Under the pieces are notes generated by a model that was not told the origin of the DNA, made no database searches, and saw only the letters and a list, made by a program, of their open reading frames with translations. Shown one piece after another: positions 63,684 through 64,000 of a DNA stretch of 64,000 nucleotides. Origin of the DNA: Pseudomonadota bacterium (GTDB taxonomy: Bacteria > Pseudomonadota > Alphaproteobacteria > MPNO01 > UBA2964); NCBI GenBank assembly GCA_036336885.1, contig JAYZFG010000015.1:142126-206125 (forward strand). The letters run 5' to 3'. Every line of letters begins with the position of its first letter. Position 1 is the stretch's first letter. A program made the position numbers and the translations under genes.

Positions 63684-64000
63684 TTATTCATCCTTATTGC
63701 GATACAAATGATCAAGATCACTTGGCTTCATTCCGCTGGCATCCTCGTCAAGGACCAGCAATCCATCCCTAATTCCTATTAACCTGTCAGAAAATTCGAT
63801 GGCCAGTTCTCGATCATGCATGGCTAATACAACGGTTGGCTTATTTGAGGTTATAGAATTGAGAATTTCCCGTGCCTGATGTTCATCTACGGCAGAAACA
63901 GGCTCGTCAGCAATTAAAATTTCGCCGGTATGAAAAAGGGCACGGCCTACGGCGGTTCTCTGTTGTTGGCCACCAGATAATTCGCCCACGCTACTGTGAA
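63684..64000 (-). CDS. ABC transporter ATP-binding protein (PhnC-like), C-terminal part only; the gene continues past the right edge
   Basis: …LSGGQQQRTAVGRALFHTGEILIADEPVSAVD… gives the ABC signature and Walker B. The reading frame stays open to position 64000. Confidence 0.8.
   Translation of the reverse strand, partial: HSSVGELSGGQQQRTAVGRALFHTGEILIADEPVSAVDEHQAREILNSITSNKPTVVLAMHDRELAIEFSDRLIGIRDGLLVLDEDASGMKPSDLDHLYRNKDE

Noticed and set aside
1-64000. CRISPR arrays, IS elements, integrases, prophage or toxin-antitoxin/defence modules
   Set aside because: No direct-repeat arrays, terminal inverted repeats, or transposase-, integrase- or phage-like ORFs were seen. The tRNA-Sec is not flanked by an integrase or a repeated tRNA 3' fragment.

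Overview
Gene-dense segment of about 60 genes, with no non-coding gap longer than about 220 nt. It looks chromosomal and Gram-negative, probably marine proteobacterial, though that taxonomy is inference only. I found no rRNA, CRISPR array, IS element, integrase, phage gene or recognisable transcription factor. Three themes stand out. (1) Selenium. A compact selenocysteine-decoding island at 3.0-7.8 kb holds selA, selB and tRNA-Sec. It is preceded by two divergently transcribed selenoprotein genes that the ORF track splits at in-frame TGA codons: a UxxC peroxiredoxin-like protein and a bacterial iodothyronine-deiodinase homolog. Each has a SECIS-like hairpin just after the TGA. About 52 kb away (57.7-64 kb) is a second selenium module: an ABC importer co-transcribed with an FAD-oxidoreductase::SelD fusion, converging on an amidohydrolase plus SenB-like (selenosugar synthase-like) glycosyltransferase pair. 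No SenA/OvsA-type partner is in view. This is my best candidate for an undescribed system. (2) A near-complete urate-to-oxalate route at 39.9-52.6 kb: PuuD, HIU hydrolase, OHCU decarboxylase, PuuE, an AllC-like amidohydrolase, a PucG-like transaminase, FdrA/DUF1116/DUF2877 (AllFGH-like), carbamate kinase, an HpxW-like GGT-family hydrolase and gpt. (3) A broad catabolic region at 10.8-39.8 kb built around a peptide-type ABC transporter whose genes are interrupted by hydrolase genes. It also carries three molybdopterin-hydroxylase large-subunit genes that lack adjacent FeS/FAD subunit genes; the two complete ones are each coupled to a decarboxylase. All functional calls rest on reading the translated ORFs for family motifs. 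No database search was run.
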